The notes below the pieces were generated by a model, which was given only the letters and a program-made list of their open reading frames with translations, was not told the origin of the DNA and ran no database searches. Position numbers and translations under genes: made by a program. A DNA stretch of 64,000 nucleotides from Candidatus Multivorans sp. (GTDB taxonomy: Bacteria > Acidobacteriota > Thermoanaerobaculia > Multivoradales > Multivoraceae), in assembly GCA_965247095.1 (NCBI GenBank), contig OZ251997.1:2752001-2816000 (forward strand), read 5' to 3'. Below, piece by piece: positions 8,599 through 19,413 of this stretch (positions within the stretch are counted from its first letter, which is position 1; each line of letters begins with the position of its first letter).

Positions 8599-9309
8599 CT
8601 ACTCGCCGGCCGGCGACGTCTTCCCGAACAGGTGCTTGCGGGCCTCCTCGTCGGGCCCCTTGCCGGCGCCGCTGCCGAGACCGCGAGTGTCGCGGCCGAC
8701 CTCGAAACCTCGGCGGAGCGCCGGCCGCCCCTTGAGCGCGTCGTACCAGCGGCGCAGGTGACGGTACTGATCCAGGTCGATCCCCTGGCTCTTGTAGGTC
8801 AACACCCAGGGCCAGCTCATCATGTCGGCGATCGAGTACTCGCCGCAGATGTGTTCGCGGCCGTCCAGTTGGCCGTCCAGCACGGCGAAAAGGCGTAGCA
8901 CTTCGTTCCGGTAGCGCTCGATCGCGTAGTCGAGCTTTTCCGGTGCGTAGCGTATGAAGTGATTGTGCTGGCCCAGCATCGGGCCGAGATTGCCCGTCTG
9001 CCACATCACCCACTGCGTCACGTCGTAGCGCTCGCGGGCGCCCCGGGGCAGGAACCGGCCGCTCTTCTCCGCCAGGTAGAGGAGGATGGCGCCGGACTCG
9101 AACATCGCCAGCGGCTCGCCGCCGCCCAGAGGTTCGTGGTCGATGATCGCCGGCATCCGGTTGTTCGGGCTGATGCGCAGGAACTCCGGTTTGAACTGGT
9201 CCCCGCGACCGATGTTGACGGGCACGACGCGGTAGGGCAGTTCCATCTCCTCGAGCGCTATCGAGGCCTTCCAGCCGTTCGGAGTGGGCCAGTAGTAGAG
9301 GTCGATCAT
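8599..9309 (-). CDS. glutathione S-transferase, YfcG/YghU (Nu-class) like
   Basis: [43 protein letters not shown]. Confidence 0.9.
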   Translation of the reverse strand: MIDLYYWPTPNGWKASIALEEMELPYRVVPVNIGRGDQFKPEFLRISPNNRMPAIIDHEPLGGGEPLAMFESGAILLYLAEKSGRFLPRGARERYDVTQWVMWQTGNLGPMLGQHNHFIRYAPEKLDYAIERYRNEVLRLFAVLDGQLDGREHICGEYSIADMMSWPWVLTYKSQGIDLDQYRHLRRWYDALKGRPALRRGFEVGRDTRGLGSGAGKGPDEEARKHLFGKTSPAGE

Positions 9310-9408
9310 GCGGCGCAAGATAGCAGCGGCGGCGCGCTCTCCGGCGGAGCGCCCGCCTCCACTAAGGGGAGTGGTACCGTCTGATGCTGCCTTGGAGGTA
9401 ACCAAGTA

Positions 9409-11172
9409 GTGACAGAGCCGCCAGCACCACTCGACGAACGGGTGCTGGCTCTTGAAGCCCGCGTGCTCGAACTGCAGCGCGAGGTGGCGGCCCTGCGGAG
9501 CGCCGGCGAAGAGGGGCCGTCGCAATCGGCGCCGGCGGCGTCGGACATTCCCGACTCGGCTGCCGCGCGGCCATGGGGCACCTCGAAACCCAAGCCCGCT
9601 GCAAGGCGCAACGTCGACCTGGAGGCTCTCATCGGCGGCCGCTGGCTGAACCGTCTCGGCATCCTCACGCTCCTCCTCGCCGCCGCCTTCTTCCTCCGCT
9701 ACGCGTTCGAGAACGAGTGGATCGGGCCGACGGGAAGAGTCCTGATCGGCCTGGTCAGCGGCATCGCTTTTGCCGGCTACGGAGAGTGGCTCGCGGCGCG
9801 GGGCATGCGCTACTTTTCCGAGGGGATGACGGCCCTCGGCGCCGGTGTCGTCTACCTCTCCGGCTACGCCGCCTGGGAGTTCTATGCCCTGGTGCCGCAG
9901 CCGGTGGCGTTCGCCTTCCTCGCCCTGGTCACGGCGGGCGTCATTGCGCTGTCGGTGCGCCGCGACTCCCAGCGCCTGGCGGCCCTCGCGCTTGCCGCCG
10001 GCTACCTGACGCCGGCCCTGCTGAGCACCGGCGAGGACGCGCAGGTCGTGCTCTTCAGTTACCTCGCGCTCCTCAGCGCCAGCCTGCTGACCCTGGCTCT
10101 CGTGCGCGGCTTCCACGCCTTGGCGCCGGCCGCTCTGACCGCGACCGTCGTCTACTTCGTTGCCTGGTCGCTGCAGTTCTACGACCCCGATCGGCTGGTC
10201 TCGACCGCTCTCTTCGGGACGCTGTTCTACGCCATCTACACCGCGCTCCCGCTTGCCCGAGCCCGGCTGGCCCGCCGCCTGCGCCCGAGCGAAATCGGTG
10301 TGCTGGCGGCGACGCTCGGCTTCTACGTGCTGCTGCTCCAGCAGCTTCTGTACGACGAGCACCGCTGGCTGCTGACCGGCGCCGTTCTGCTCCTGGCGGC
10401 GCTCCATCTGGCGATCCCTCGCGCGCTCGGAAGCTGGAACGCGGCCGAAGGGCGCCGTGCCCTTCACCTGCAGCAGCTCTTCGGCGTCCTGGCCGCGCTC
10501 CTGGCCACGATCGCCTTCCCGATCCGGCTTGAAGGCGACTGGATCACGATCGCGTGGACCGCCGAAGCCGTCGCGCTGGCAATCGCCGGGGCGCGCCTGC
10601 CGTCGCTGTGGATGCGCGCGTTCTCGGTTGTGCTCTTCGCCGTCGTCCTGTTGATGACGCCGCAGGCCCTCCTCGGTTCGGCCGATCGGGACCTGCTCGT
10701 CAACCTCCGCTTCCTCACCCTGGCCGGCGCGGCGACCGGGCTCGCCGTTGCCGCGCTCTACGTGCGCCGCCGCCTGAAGGTCAAGGTACGGATGGAGGGT
10801 GGGCTATGGGCTGGCGCTCTGGTCATCGCCAATCTGCTCGCGCTGGTCGGCGTGTCGCTCGAGGCTTGGGACTTCGTCCAGGGACTCAGCCTCGATCTCG
10901 ACCTGGACCTCGCCGCCCAGGTCGTCCTGTCGGCGCTGTGGCTGCTGTGGGCGGCCGCGCTGATCGCCGCCGGCATCCGTCGCAGCGCCCCCGGCCTGCG
11001 CTGGCAGGGTCTGGCGCTCCTTCTGGTCGTCGTCGCCAAGACCTTTCTCGTCGACCTGTCCTTCCTGGACCAGGGCTACCGGATCCTCTCCTTCCTGATC
11101 GTCGGCGCGCTGCTGGTGGCCGTTTCCTTCCTCTACCAGCGCATCCGGCGGGGGGATCCCTCGATAGAATGA
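9409..11172 (+). CDS. DUF2339-family predicted membrane protein
   Basis: LEALIGGRWLNRLG...FENEWIGP..R motif, many TM helices, C-terminal K...VDL...YRILSF. Confidence 0.85.
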   Translation: MTEPPAPLDERVLALEARVLELQREVAALRSAGEEGPSQSAPAASDIPDSAAARPWGTSKPKPAARRNVDLEALIGGRWLNRLGILTLLLAAAFFLRYAFENEWIGPTGRVLIGLVSGIAFAGYGEWLAARGMRYFSEGMTALGAGVVYLSGYAAWEFYALVPQPVAFAFLALVTAGVIALSVRRDSQRLAALALAAGYLTPALLSTGEDAQVVLFSYLALLSASLLTLALVRGFHALAPAALTATVVYFVAWSLQFYDPDRLVSTALFGTLFYAIYTALPLARARLARRLRPSEIGVLAATLGFYVLLLQQLLYDEHRWLLTGAVLLLAALHLAIPRALGSWNAAEGRRALHLQQLFGVLAALLATIAFPIRLEGDWITIAWTAEAVALAIAGARLPSLWMRAFSVVLFAVVLLMTPQALLGSADRDLLVNLRFLTLAGAATGLAVAALYVRRRLKVKVRMEGGLWAGALVIANLLALVGVSLEAWDFVQGLSLDLDLDLAAQVVLSALWLLWAAALIAAGIRRSAPGLRWQGLALLLVVVAKTFLVDLSFLDQGYRILSFLIVGALLVAVSFLYQRIRRGDPSIE

Positions 11173-11241
11173 GCCCGTGCGCTTCCCTGCAGCGGTCGAG
11201 CGGCTAGGCACGGAAGCGCGAAGCCGCGTGGAGGCTGCGCG

Positions 11242-12666
11242 TCACGACCTCACGTTGCGTGCGGCCTCGAGGACGCCGAATTCGGTCCCGAGCACGCGAT
11301 CCGCGAGGCGGAAGGCACGGGCTGCTTCCGGGGCCGAGGGTAGCCCGGGCTCGTTTCGATCCTGATCCAACGTGAAACTCACGAAGCCGCCGATGGGGCC
11401 GGGTCCGAACAGGATCGAGGCGTCCGCTTGTTCGCCGCGGGCGGCCTTGCGGTAGTCGTCGCCGTCTCTTCTGAGGTCGATCGTGCCGGTCTCCGTGAGC
11501 CTCCTGCGGATCGCCCTGCCGCCGCCGCATACGCGGTGGGCGTCGGTGGCCTCGACCACCGAGCGTTCGAGGAGTTCCGGCCGGTAGTCGAGCGGTTCGC
11601 CTTCGGCGATGGCCAGGCAGAGCGGCGTGAGCGGGAAGTCGCCGAGCGCGCCGGCCAGGGTGCTGATCCCGGCGCCGAGCCGTGGGTTGAGTTCCGTCGG
11701 AAGGAACCCCTCTTCGGCCAGGACGCCGTCGATGCTGAACGATCCGCGGAAGCCGACCCGGTCGCGCAACGCGGCGCCAACGCGGCGGGCGAGTTGGCGC
11801 ATGGTCTCGCGGTCTTCGGGGCTCGGGTCGAACCAAGTGGAGCAGCCGGCGTAGAGCAGGCGGTCGCCTGCCGCCGGACGGAGCACCAGCATCTCCACGG
11901 GGCGAAAGGTCGCCACTGCTTCCGGGAACACGATGCCGTGGATACTCGCTGAAATCCCCTCCAGGAAGGGCATGACGCGCACGCGGTCCGCAATCCGCGA
12001 CAGAGACGCCGCTGCCTCCCGTCCGTCGTCGCCGGGTCGGACCCAACGTAGCCCGATGGCGCCGGCGTGCGTGCCGTCCCGGGCGTCCGCTGCCCACACC
12101 GTGCCGTTGCCGCGATCCAGGGCGGCCGCCGCGGCTCGGAGCGCCTCGTACTCGGCGGGGACGATCCGCAACGGCGCGCGCGGCACCCCGACCGTGTCCC
12201 AGAAGGCGTCGATCGCCACCTTGTCTTCGAGTGCCCTCCATGCCTGTGGGCGGGGTGCGTAGGCACTTCGCCCGGCCACCGGCTGAGGGTCGGCGAGCGG
12301 GTCCGTGTGCAGGGTCCGGGCCGTGCCGTCCGGGTCCCAGGCGTCGACGGCGCGCTGGACTTCGGGCGGGAGGTCTGCCAGCGCGCGGTCCAGTCTTCGC
12401 TGGTGATCGACGGGATCCTCGCCGGTGACTTCGAGCACCCGCAGTTCCGCTTCTTCTCTCGGCGGCACGGCGCCTGTTCCTCTGCTGCCCGCGATCAGAA
12501 ACGGTCGTGCCACGCCGAGCGGTCCGAGTTGACGGGCCACGTTGCCGAGGAGGACTGCGATGATCCCCGGTAGGACGAACTTGTGGCCGGCGAAGACCGG
12601 CCGGAGCAGTTGCTCGTAGTACGCCCTCGCCTCGTCAAGGAGGGGCGGATTCTGCGTGTCGCTCAC
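11242..12666 (-). CDS. uncharacterised ATP-grasp-fold protein
   Basis: GTG start with AAGGAG RBS; VMPFLEG and FRGSFSIDG...PTELNPRLGAG (ATP-grasp D...E-x-N-P-R signature). Confidence 0.6.
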   Translation of the reverse strand: MSDTQNPPLLDEARAYYEQLLRPVFAGHKFVLPGIIAVLLGNVARQLGPLGVARPFLIAGSRGTGAVPPREEAELRVLEVTGEDPVDHQRRLDRALADLPPEVQRAVDAWDPDGTARTLHTDPLADPQPVAGRSAYAPRPQAWRALEDKVAIDAFWDTVGVPRAPLRIVPAEYEALRAAAAALDRGNGTVWAADARDGTHAGAIGLRWVRPGDDGREAAASLSRIADRVRVMPFLEGISASIHGIVFPEAVATFRPVEMLVLRPAAGDRLLYAGCSTWFDPSPEDRETMRQLARRVGAALRDRVGFRGSFSIDGVLAEEGFLPTELNPRLGAGISTLAGALGDFPLTPLCLAIAEGEPLDYRPELLERSVVEATDAHRVCGGGRAIRRRLTETGTIDLRRDGDDYRKAARGEQADASILFGPGPIGGFVSFTLDQDRNEPGLPSAPEAARAFRLADRVLGTEFGVLEAARNVRS

Positions 12667-12926
12667 GATCAAGCTCCTTCGGTGCCGGACGATCAAGAAC
12701 CGGAGGACTCATCGACAGGACGGCCACTCCGGCAGCGGAGAGGTCCGTCGGTGGATGTTCAGGATGTCGGACGGTGGCCGACGGGACGGACCTCTTCCCT
12801 GGCGCCGCACATCTGCATGGCGCCGGAAGTCAGGTTCTGCGTCGCGTGGGCCCTATCCATGGGCGGCGGACGTTAGCACGCGTGAGGCTCGATGGCGCGA
12901 GGATTCGCCGGAGCGTCGCTCCGCAT

Positions 12927-12954
12927 CGGATGCGGGCGAGACGCCCGCGTTCCC
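12927..12954. repeat. REP-like palindrome cggatGCGGGCgagacGCCCGCgttccc
   Basis: Hairpin; the same cggatgcgggcgagacg sequence recurs at 15118-15134 and, inverted, at 15229-15243. Confidence 0.7.
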
Positions 12955-13068
12955 TGAGCCGGAGGCGCCTACTCCGGCACCACGCCGACGTCTGCCGCGC
13001 ATCAATCCCGTGACGACGTTGCTGAACCCGATCGTATACTCGGCGCTCATGGCACATTGCTGACCAGC

Positions 13069-13761
13069 GTGCGCGAACAGACCCTCTACCCGCCGGTCAA
13101 GGCGTTCCTCGAGGCACAGGGCTATGCCGTCAAGGGAGAGGTCAACGGTTGCGACCTCGTCGCGATCCGGGGCGAGGAACCGGCGTTGGTTGTCGAACTG
13201 AAAACGAGTTTCTCCTTGCCGCTGGTGTTCCAGGGGATCGCGCGACAGGGCCTCTCCGACAACGTCTACCTCGCCGTTCCACCGTTCTCCGGCCGCACGA
13301 CCCGCCGCAAGGATGCACTGGCGCTGTGCCGCCGGCTCGGGCTCGGGCTGCTGACGGTCCGGCTTGAGCCCTCGCCGTTCGTGGAGGCGCTGCTCGACCC
13401 GGCGCCTTACCGGCCGCGCCGGCGCAAACGCAGCATCGAACGGTTGCTGCGGGAGTTCCAGCGCCGGGTGGGCGACGCGAACCAGGGTGGCTCGACCCGC
13501 CGTCCGATCATGACTGCCTACCGGCAGGACGCCCTGCGCTGCGCCGCCCATCTTCGCCTCAACGGTCCGACCAAGGCTGCCGTCGTCGCCAAGGCGGTCG
13601 GAGTCGCCCGGGCCAGGGCGATCATGTACGCCGATCACTACGGCTGGTTCGAACGCCCCGCCGATTCGCCTCGCGGTGTCTACGGCTTGACGCCGATGGG
13701 CCATGCGGCACTTGAGCGGTACGCCGATACCGTGGCGGCGCTGGAGCACGGCGACGAGTAG
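13069..13761 (+). CDS. DUF2161-family putative PD-(D/E)XK protein
   Basis: RE..LYPPVKAFLEAQGYAVKGEV..CDLVA, VELK, RQ, TAYRQDAL, NH/DHYGWFER family motifs. Confidence 0.8.
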   Translation: MREQTLYPPVKAFLEAQGYAVKGEVNGCDLVAIRGEEPALVVELKTSFSLPLVFQGIARQGLSDNVYLAVPPFSGRTTRRKDALALCRRLGLGLLTVRLEPSPFVEALLDPAPYRPRRRKRSIERLLREFQRRVGDANQGGSTRRPIMTAYRQDALRCAAHLRLNGPTKAAVVAKAVGVARARAIMYADHYGWFERPADSPRGVYGLTPMGHAALERYADTVAALEHGDE

Positions 13762-13764
13762 CCT

Positions 13765-15117
13765 ATGAAGGTGACCAGCAAGCCCAGGAGCGGCCGGCTG
13801 TTCGAGGATGCCGGGGCATCGGGGACCGGGTCTGCCGCGCCGCTCGCCGACCGAATGCGGCCGGCCGCGTTCGACGAGTTCGTGGGCCAGCAGCACATCC
13901 TCGCCGAGGACAAGGTGCTGCGGCGATCGATCGAGGCGGACCGGGTGCCGTCGCTTCTGTTCTGGGGGCCGCCCGGCTCTGGCAAGACGACGTTGGCGCG
14001 GCTGATCGCCACCGTGACGAGCGCCCACTTCGAGCCGGTGAGCGCGGTATCGGCCGGCGTGGCGGACTTGCGCCGGGCCGTCGCCGGCGCACGGGAACTC
14101 CGGTCGCTCTACCAGCGCCCGACGATCCTGTTCGTCGACGAGATCCATCGCTTCAACAAAGCGCAGCAGGACGTGATCCTGCCCCACGTCGAGGACGGCA
14201 CGATCACCTTCATCGGGGCGACGACGGAGAACCCGTCCTTCGAGGTCAACGCGCCGCTCCTGTCCCGCTGCCGCGTGTTCACTCTGCACGCGCTGCACGC
14301 CGACGCGATGACCAGCATCGTTCAGCGTGCACTGAGTGACGAGAAGCGCGGGCTGGGACTACTGGCCCCGGAGTTGGACGCGGACGCCCTGTCGCACCTG
14401 GTGAACATCGCGAACGGAGACGCCCGCGTCGCCCTGAACGCCCTCGAGATGGCGGTCGTCGCGGCCGAGCCGGACTCCGACGGCGTGCGCCGGATCGGCG
14501 TCGAGGCCATATCGGACGCCCTGCAGCGACGGACCCCGCAGTACGACAAGGCCGGCGACAGCCACTACGACACGATCTCGGCCTTCATCAAGTCGGTGCG
14601 CGGCTCCTCGCCAGACGGCGCGCTCTACTGGCTGGCCAGGATGCTGGAGGCGGGCGAGGACCCTCTGTTCATCGCGCGGCGCCTGGTCATCCTGGCCGCC
14701 GAGGACATCGGGCTCGCGAACCCGGGAGCGCTGCCGGTCGCGGTCGCCGCCCAGCAGGCGGTTCATTTCATCGGGCTGCCCGAGGGCCGCATTCCCCTGG
14801 CCGAGGCGACTGTGTACCTGGCGACCTCGCCCAAGAGCAACGCCGCCTACGTGGCCCTCGGGCGCGCAACGGAGGACGTGCGGAACGCCCCGAACGAACC
14901 GGTGCCGCTGCACCTGCGCAACGCGCCCACGGGGCTGATGCGCAACATGGGCTACGGCGCGGGATACAAATACGGCCATGATGCCGAAGGGCACTTCGAG
15001 GCGCAGGAGTACCTGCCGCCCGGCCTGTCAGACCGCCGCTACTACGAGCCGTCGGACCAGGGTTCCGAGGCCGCCATTGCCGAGCGCCTGCGCCGCTGGT
15101 GGGGCGACGACGAGTAG
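13765..15117 (+). CDS. rarA: replication-associated recombination protein A (RarA/MgsA AAA+ ATPase)
   Basis: [71 protein letters not shown]. Confidence 0.95.
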   Translation: MKVTSKPRSGRLFEDAGASGTGSAAPLADRMRPAAFDEFVGQQHILAEDKVLRRSIEADRVPSLLFWGPPGSGKTTLARLIATVTSAHFEPVSAVSAGVADLRRAVAGARELRSLYQRPTILFVDEIHRFNKAQQDVILPHVEDGTITFIGATTENPSFEVNAPLLSRCRVFTLHALHADAMTSIVQRALSDEKRGLGLLAPELDADALSHLVNIANGDARVALNALEMAVVAAEPDSDGVRRIGVEAISDALQRRTPQYDKAGDSHYDTISAFIKSVRGSSPDGALYWLARMLEAGEDPLFIARRLVILAAEDIGLANPGALPVAVAAQQAVHFIGLPEGRIPLAEATVYLATSPKSNAAYVALGRATEDVRNAPNEPVPLHLRNAPTGLMRNMGYGAGYKYGHDAEGHFEAQEYLPPGLSDRRYYEPSDQGSEAAIAERLRRWWGDDE

Positions 15118-15243
15118 CGGATGCGGGCGAGACGTGTCGGTCGTATGCACCCCTGGGAACCCGTGTGGCGCGACCCGCGCCACACGCGAACCACTCCGTG
15201 CGCCCGTCATCGGGCGCACGGATGGCACGCGGGCGTCTCGCCC
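15118..15243. repeat. composite repeat: copy of the 2861-2988 element nested between REP-like ends
   Basis: Reverse complement of 15155-15225 is ccatccgtgcgcccgatgacgggcgcacggagtggttcgcgtgtggcgcgggtcgcgccacacgggttccc; flanked by gcgggcgagacg and gcgggcgtctcgccc. Confidence 0.85.
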
Positions 15244-15572
15244 AGGGCGTCCCTGAGGGCCGTGAAGTCCGTGTGGGAGATGCCGTCGGCCAAGGGGTTC
15301 TGCCGCGCGAAGTTGACGGCGATGCGCTGGGGATCCCGCTCGGCCACGAAAGCGCCGATCACGGGCTGCCAGCCCGGATCGCCTTCGATCACGATCCACA
15401 TGTCGATGTCGTTACGGCGCATGGCGCCCGGCAGGACGTAGTCGAACTTGTCGTGCCGGATCATGCACGAGGTTCCCATCTCGAGCGCACATCGTCGGTG
15501 ACGGCGGTCTGAGCCGGCGCGTTGACGGCAACGGAGGGCTGCGGTGAGAACGATCGGCAGCGGTGAGTGCAT
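15240..15572 (-). pseudogene. degraded N-terminal fragment of an M24 (Xaa-Pro) metallopeptidase-like gene
   Basis: IRHDKFDYVLPGAMRRNDIDMWIV...FVAERDPQRIAVN...ADGISHTD resembles the N-domain of secreted M24 peptidases; frameshifted, internally deleted and ending in the repeat. Confidence 0.55.
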
Positions 15573-15738
15573 CTTCTTCTCCTGGAACTGGATCGGGCCA
15601 CTACAGCCACCGGCCCCGGCCCTTGGTCTCGCCGGCTGCCGGGACCGCTTGCCGCTCGCGGGTCGGACGCACAGCCGATAGCGTCGGGCGCCGTTCCGAA
15701 GCCGAGCCCTTCACCGCACCGCTCCAGGGAGACACTGC

Positions 15739-17766
15739 ATGAGAATCGAGTCGTACCGCGTCTTGCCGCTACCGCTGTTGCTACTGCTCTCCGGGGCTGC
15801 CTGCGGTGGCCCGCCGGCGGAGCAGGCGGCCCCGGACGCGGCCACCCTTGGCGCCACCGTCTCCCGCACCGAGGAGCGGCCCGCCTGCCGGGACGCCACG
15901 CCGCTCCGCCAGGCGCTCTTCGGCGACCTGCACGTCCACACCAGTTTCTCGTTCGACGCGGCGGCCAACAGCACCGGCGCCACGCCCGCGGACGCCTACC
16001 GCTTCGCCAGGGGCGAGGCGATCCCGTTCTTCCCGATCGGCGCCGGCGGCGAGCCCGAGGGCAGCATCTCCATCGATCGTCCGCTCGACTTCGTCGCCGT
16101 CACCGACCACGGCGAGTTCCTGGGCGAGCGACGCCTGTGCCGGGATCCGGAGTCGCCCCGCTACGACACGGAGTTCTGTCGCGAAGCGCGCACGAGCGAG
16201 CGCCGGGGCATGCAGATGCTCGGAGCGGTGATCACGACCGAGACGCCGCGCCGGATCGCCGAGGTGTGCGGCGAATCGGGCGAGTTGTGCCTCGAGTGGG
16301 CGAAGAGCCCGTGGCAGAGGATCATCGAGGCAGCCGAAGACGCGTACGACCGCACCGAGGAATGCAGCTTCACCAGCTTCGTCGGCTACGAGTACACGGG
16401 CACCCCCGGGATCTCCAACTACCACCGCAACGTCATCTTCCGGGGCTCGGAGGTGCCGGACCTGCCGGTGTCGTACATCGACGCGCCGACCGACAGTCAG
16501 CTCTGGCAGGGGCTGGACGCGGTCTGCGGCGAGGGCAGCGCAGACCCAAACTGCGACTACCTGACCATTCCTCACAACAGCAACCTGGCGAACGGCCGGA
16601 TGGGCCCGTACCGCGGCCTGGAGGCGACACTCGAGAACCGCCGCGCCTACTCGCGCAAGCGCCTGGAGCGCGAGCCGATCATCGAGATCTTCCAGCACAA
16701 GGGCGGCTCGGAGTGCATCAACGGCCTGTCATCAGTCTTCGGCGAGCCCGACGAGCTCTGCGACGTCGAGGCGGTGCGGGTCATGGGACGCGAGGAGGTC
16801 TTCAACACCCTGGACCAGACGGAGCAGCGCATGGTGACCACGGAATGCGCCCCCGGTGAGAACGGGAGCGCCGGCATGGTCGGCGCCGGCTGCGTCGCCC
16901 GGTCGGACTACGTGCGTTCCGCTCTGCTCGAGGGCCTGGAAGAGGAGATGGCGACCGGCCTCAACCCGGCCAAGCTCGGAATCGTCGCCTCGACGGATAC
17001 GCACACCGCGACTCCCGGCGCCGTCTCGGAACGGGACTGGGAGGGCCACGTCTCCGTCGAGTCGACGCCGGAGGAGCGCCTCCAGCCGGGGCTGCTGACC
17101 AGCGGCATCGACGGCAACCCCGGCGGTCTGGCCGGCGTGTGGGCGGTCGAGAACTCCCGCGACGCGATCTTCGACGCCATGGAGCGCCGCGAGGTGTTCG
17201 GCACCTCGGGGCCGCGGATCAAGCCCCGCTTCTTCGGCGGCTGGGACTACCCGGCGAACCTCTGCGACCAGACCGACCTGCTCGAGCGGGCGTACGGCGG
17301 CGGCGTTTCGATGGGCGGCGATCTGCCGGGGACGGGACCCAGGGAGGCGCCGACCTTCCTCGCGTTCGCCGCCCGCGACCCGGCGGACGGCGCCGGGCTT
17401 CTCCAGCAACTCCAGCTCATCAAGGGCTGGATCGCCGCCGATGGAACCGGGCGTTACGAGGTGATCCCGATCGCCGGGTCGCCCAACAACGGAGCGAGCG
17501 TCGACCCGGTGAGCGGCGAACGCTCCGGCGACGGCCACGACAGCCTCTGCACCGTCTACCGCGACGAGGAGTTCGATCCTGGCCTGCACGCCTACTACTA
17601 TCTTCGGGTGGTCGAAAACCCCAGCCTGCGGTGGAGCGTCCACGATTGCCTGCGCCTGGCGCCGGAAGCCCGTCCGGCGGTGTGCACCGACGGTTCCTAT
17701 CCCGAGGCGATCCAGGAGATGGCCTGGACATCGCCGATCTGGTACCGGCCGGGGGACACAGAGTGA
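15739..17766 (+). CDS. DUF3604-family PHP-fold metallohydrolase, lipoprotein
   Basis: Lipobox-like GAAC; FGDLHVHT, LDFVAVTDH, GYEYT, HRNVIF, IPHNSN, STDTH, GTSGPRI, AWTSPIW. Confidence 0.88.
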   Translation: MRIESYRVLPLPLLLLLSGAACGGPPAEQAAPDAATLGATVSRTEERPACRDATPLRQALFGDLHVHTSFSFDAAANSTGATPADAYRFARGEAIPFFPIGAGGEPEGSISIDRPLDFVAVTDHGEFLGERRLCRDPESPRYDTEFCREARTSERRGMQMLGAVITTETPRRIAEVCGESGELCLEWAKSPWQRIIEAAEDAYDRTEECSFTSFVGYEYTGTPGISNYHRNVIFRGSEVPDLPVSYIDAPTDSQLWQGLDAVCGEGSADPNCDYLTIPHNSNLANGRMGPYRGLEATLENRRAYSRKRLEREPIIEIFQHKGGSECINGLSSVFGEPDELCDVEAVRVMGREEVFNTLDQTEQRMVTTECAPGENGSAGMVGAGCVARSDYVRSALLEGLEEEMATGLNPAKLGIVASTDTHTATPGAVSERDWEGHVSVESTPEERLQPGLLTSGIDGNPGGLAGVWAVENSRDAIFDAMERREVFGTSGPRIKPRFFGGWDYPANLCDQTDLLERAYGGGVSMGGDLPGTGPREAPTFLAFAARDPADGAGLLQQLQLIKGWIAADGTGRYEVIPIAGSPNNGASVDPVSGERSGDGHDSLCTVYRDEEFDPGLHAYYYLRVVENPSLRWSVHDCLRLAPEARPAVCTDGSYPEAIQEMAWTSPIWYRPGDTE

Positions 17767-19316
17767 TGCGGTTCGGCAACCAGGCCGCCCAGCGGATCGC
17801 TCTCGCTGCCGCTCTCCTCGCCGGCTGCGTCGATGCCGGCGTGAACCACACCGCGGCCGCCGGCGAGGAGTTGACGCTGGGCGAGAGCCTGGTGGCGCGT
17901 GGCCAGGAACTCGAGCTCGACACGGTCCGGACGCCGCCGCCGGGTGACTTCATCGAGCACGAGGCGGCCGGGTTCGCCAAGGTTCTGTGCTCCGCGGTCT
18001 TCCTGACCGGGCTCGACTTCGAGGACGCCCAGCGCCAGATCGGCGGGTTCACGTCCCGCCACCGGTACCGGGACCGGCTGCCGGGACGCCGGCTCGACCG
18101 GGAGAACCGGCGGGTTCACATCACCACGGACACGGGAGTGACCCGGACCGCGGTGCTGCACGGTGACCAGGGCTGCGTCGCGCTCCCCCAGGGCGAGGAC
18201 GCCCCCTTCTACGAGACGGTTCCGGTCACGACCGCGCTGCGCGAGGATGCCCCCTGGCCGATGGGCGACCGCTTGCCCGACGAGCCCCTGCCCGAGGACG
18301 TGGACGCGGCGAAGCTGCAGGCGGCGGTGGACGCTGCCTTCGAGCCGGAGGCGATGACGCTCGCCTTCGTCGTGCTCCACCGCGGCCGCCTGATCGCCGA
18401 GCGATACCGCGAGGGCATCGACAAGGACACTCCCCTCGAGAGCTGGTCGATGAACAAGAGCCTGTCGGCGACGCTGATGGGGGTGCTCATCCAGCAGGGC
18501 GCGTACACGCTCGACCAGTTGGCCCCGGTCGACTCCTGGCACGAGGACCCCGACGACGTGCGCGGCACGATCCGCATCCAGGACATCCTCCGGATGTCGA
18601 GCGGCCTACGCTGCGTCAACGCAGGCGACCCGGAGTACGACGAGGAGGAGATGGGCTATCCGGACCACCTCTACCTCTACACCGGCACGGTCGACTCCCA
18701 CATCTGGGCCAGCCAACGCCCGCCGCAGTGGCCGCCGAACACGGTCGGCCGCTACCGGAACTGCGATCCGATCCTGATCAACCACCTGGTGCGACTGGCG
18801 GTCGAGGGTCGCGGCGAGAACTACCACCAGTTCCCGCAGCGGAACCTCTTCGACCGCATCGGCGTCCGGCGCTTCGTGGCGGAGACGGACCCCTACGGCA
18901 ACTTCCTGCTGAACGGCTACGGCTTCGGGGCCGGCCGCACCTGGGCACGTCTCGGCCGGCTCTACCTCGACGACGGCGTGTCGCCGACCGGAGAGCGGGT
19001 GCTGCCGGAGGGCTACACGGACTTCGTGAGCACCCCGGCGCCTTCGTGGGTCGCGGATGGCCGGCCGATCTACGGCGGCTTCTTCTGGGTCAACCAGCCG
19101 CCTCGGGGCGGCGGGAGACGCTACCCCTCACTGCCTGAGAGCGCCTTCAGCATGCAGGGCGCGGGCGGCCAGAGCACGATCATCGTGCCGTCCCACGAGA
19201 TGGTGGTCGTCCGCCTCGGTCTGTACGAGGGGTCTTTCGGCGGCTATGCCGACGAGGCGCTGCAGAACGCGCTGGCCCTGCTGGTGGAGGCGATTCCGGA
19301 AGCCGTCGACGACTGA
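17766..19316 (+). CDS. serine hydrolase, beta-lactamase/class C esterase fold, lipoprotein
   Basis: ATG overlaps the upstream TGA; LAGC lipobox; S-x-x-K (SWSMNKS); Y-x-N (YRN); GAGGQ...IVPS..MVVVRLG. Confidence 0.85.
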   Translation: MRFGNQAAQRIALAAALLAGCVDAGVNHTAAAGEELTLGESLVARGQELELDTVRTPPPGDFIEHEAAGFAKVLCSAVFLTGLDFEDAQRQIGGFTSRHRYRDRLPGRRLDRENRRVHITTDTGVTRTAVLHGDQGCVALPQGEDAPFYETVPVTTALREDAPWPMGDRLPDEPLPEDVDAAKLQAAVDAAFEPEAMTLAFVVLHRGRLIAERYREGIDKDTPLESWSMNKSLSATLMGVLIQQGAYTLDQLAPVDSWHEDPDDVRGTIRIQDILRMSSGLRCVNAGDPEYDEEEMGYPDHLYLYTGTVDSHIWASQRPPQWPPNTVGRYRNCDPILINHLVRLAVEGRGENYHQFPQRNLFDRIGVRRFVAETDPYGNFLLNGYGFGAGRTWARLGRLYLDDGVSPTGERVLPEGYTDFVSTPAPSWVADGRPIYGGFFWVNQPPRGGGRRYPSLPESAFSMQGAGGQSTIIVPSHEMVVVRLGLYEGSFGGYADEALQNALALLVEAIPEAVDD

Positions 19317-19389
19317 AGCACCGGGAACTCCTCGTCCTCGCACTCAGCAGCAGCTTCAACTGCCGCAACTGTTTCCCTTTCAGGATTTG

Positions 19390-19406
19390 TTATACGGGAG
19401 TATAAT
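19390..19406 (+). promoter_or_regulatory. TA operator palindrome overlapping a -10 box
   Basis: TTATAC-ggga-GTATAA inverted repeat containing TATAAT (19401-19406), 7 nt before the antitoxin ATG. Confidence 0.7.
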
Positions 19407-19413
19407 CTCGCGC

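Noticed and set aside
17139-17765. N-terminal extensions in the ORF track (serine hydrolase from 17139; likewise GST to 10467, msrA to 9013, HEPN from 19889, antitoxin from 19057, DHS from 6376)
   Set aside because: They overlap neighbouring real genes; starts were reassigned using motif onset, stop/start coupling and RBS.
17766-19316. Antibiotic-resistance beta-lactamase
   Set aside because: The SxxK fold is shared by many esterases/amidases, and there are no class-specific features to support resistance.
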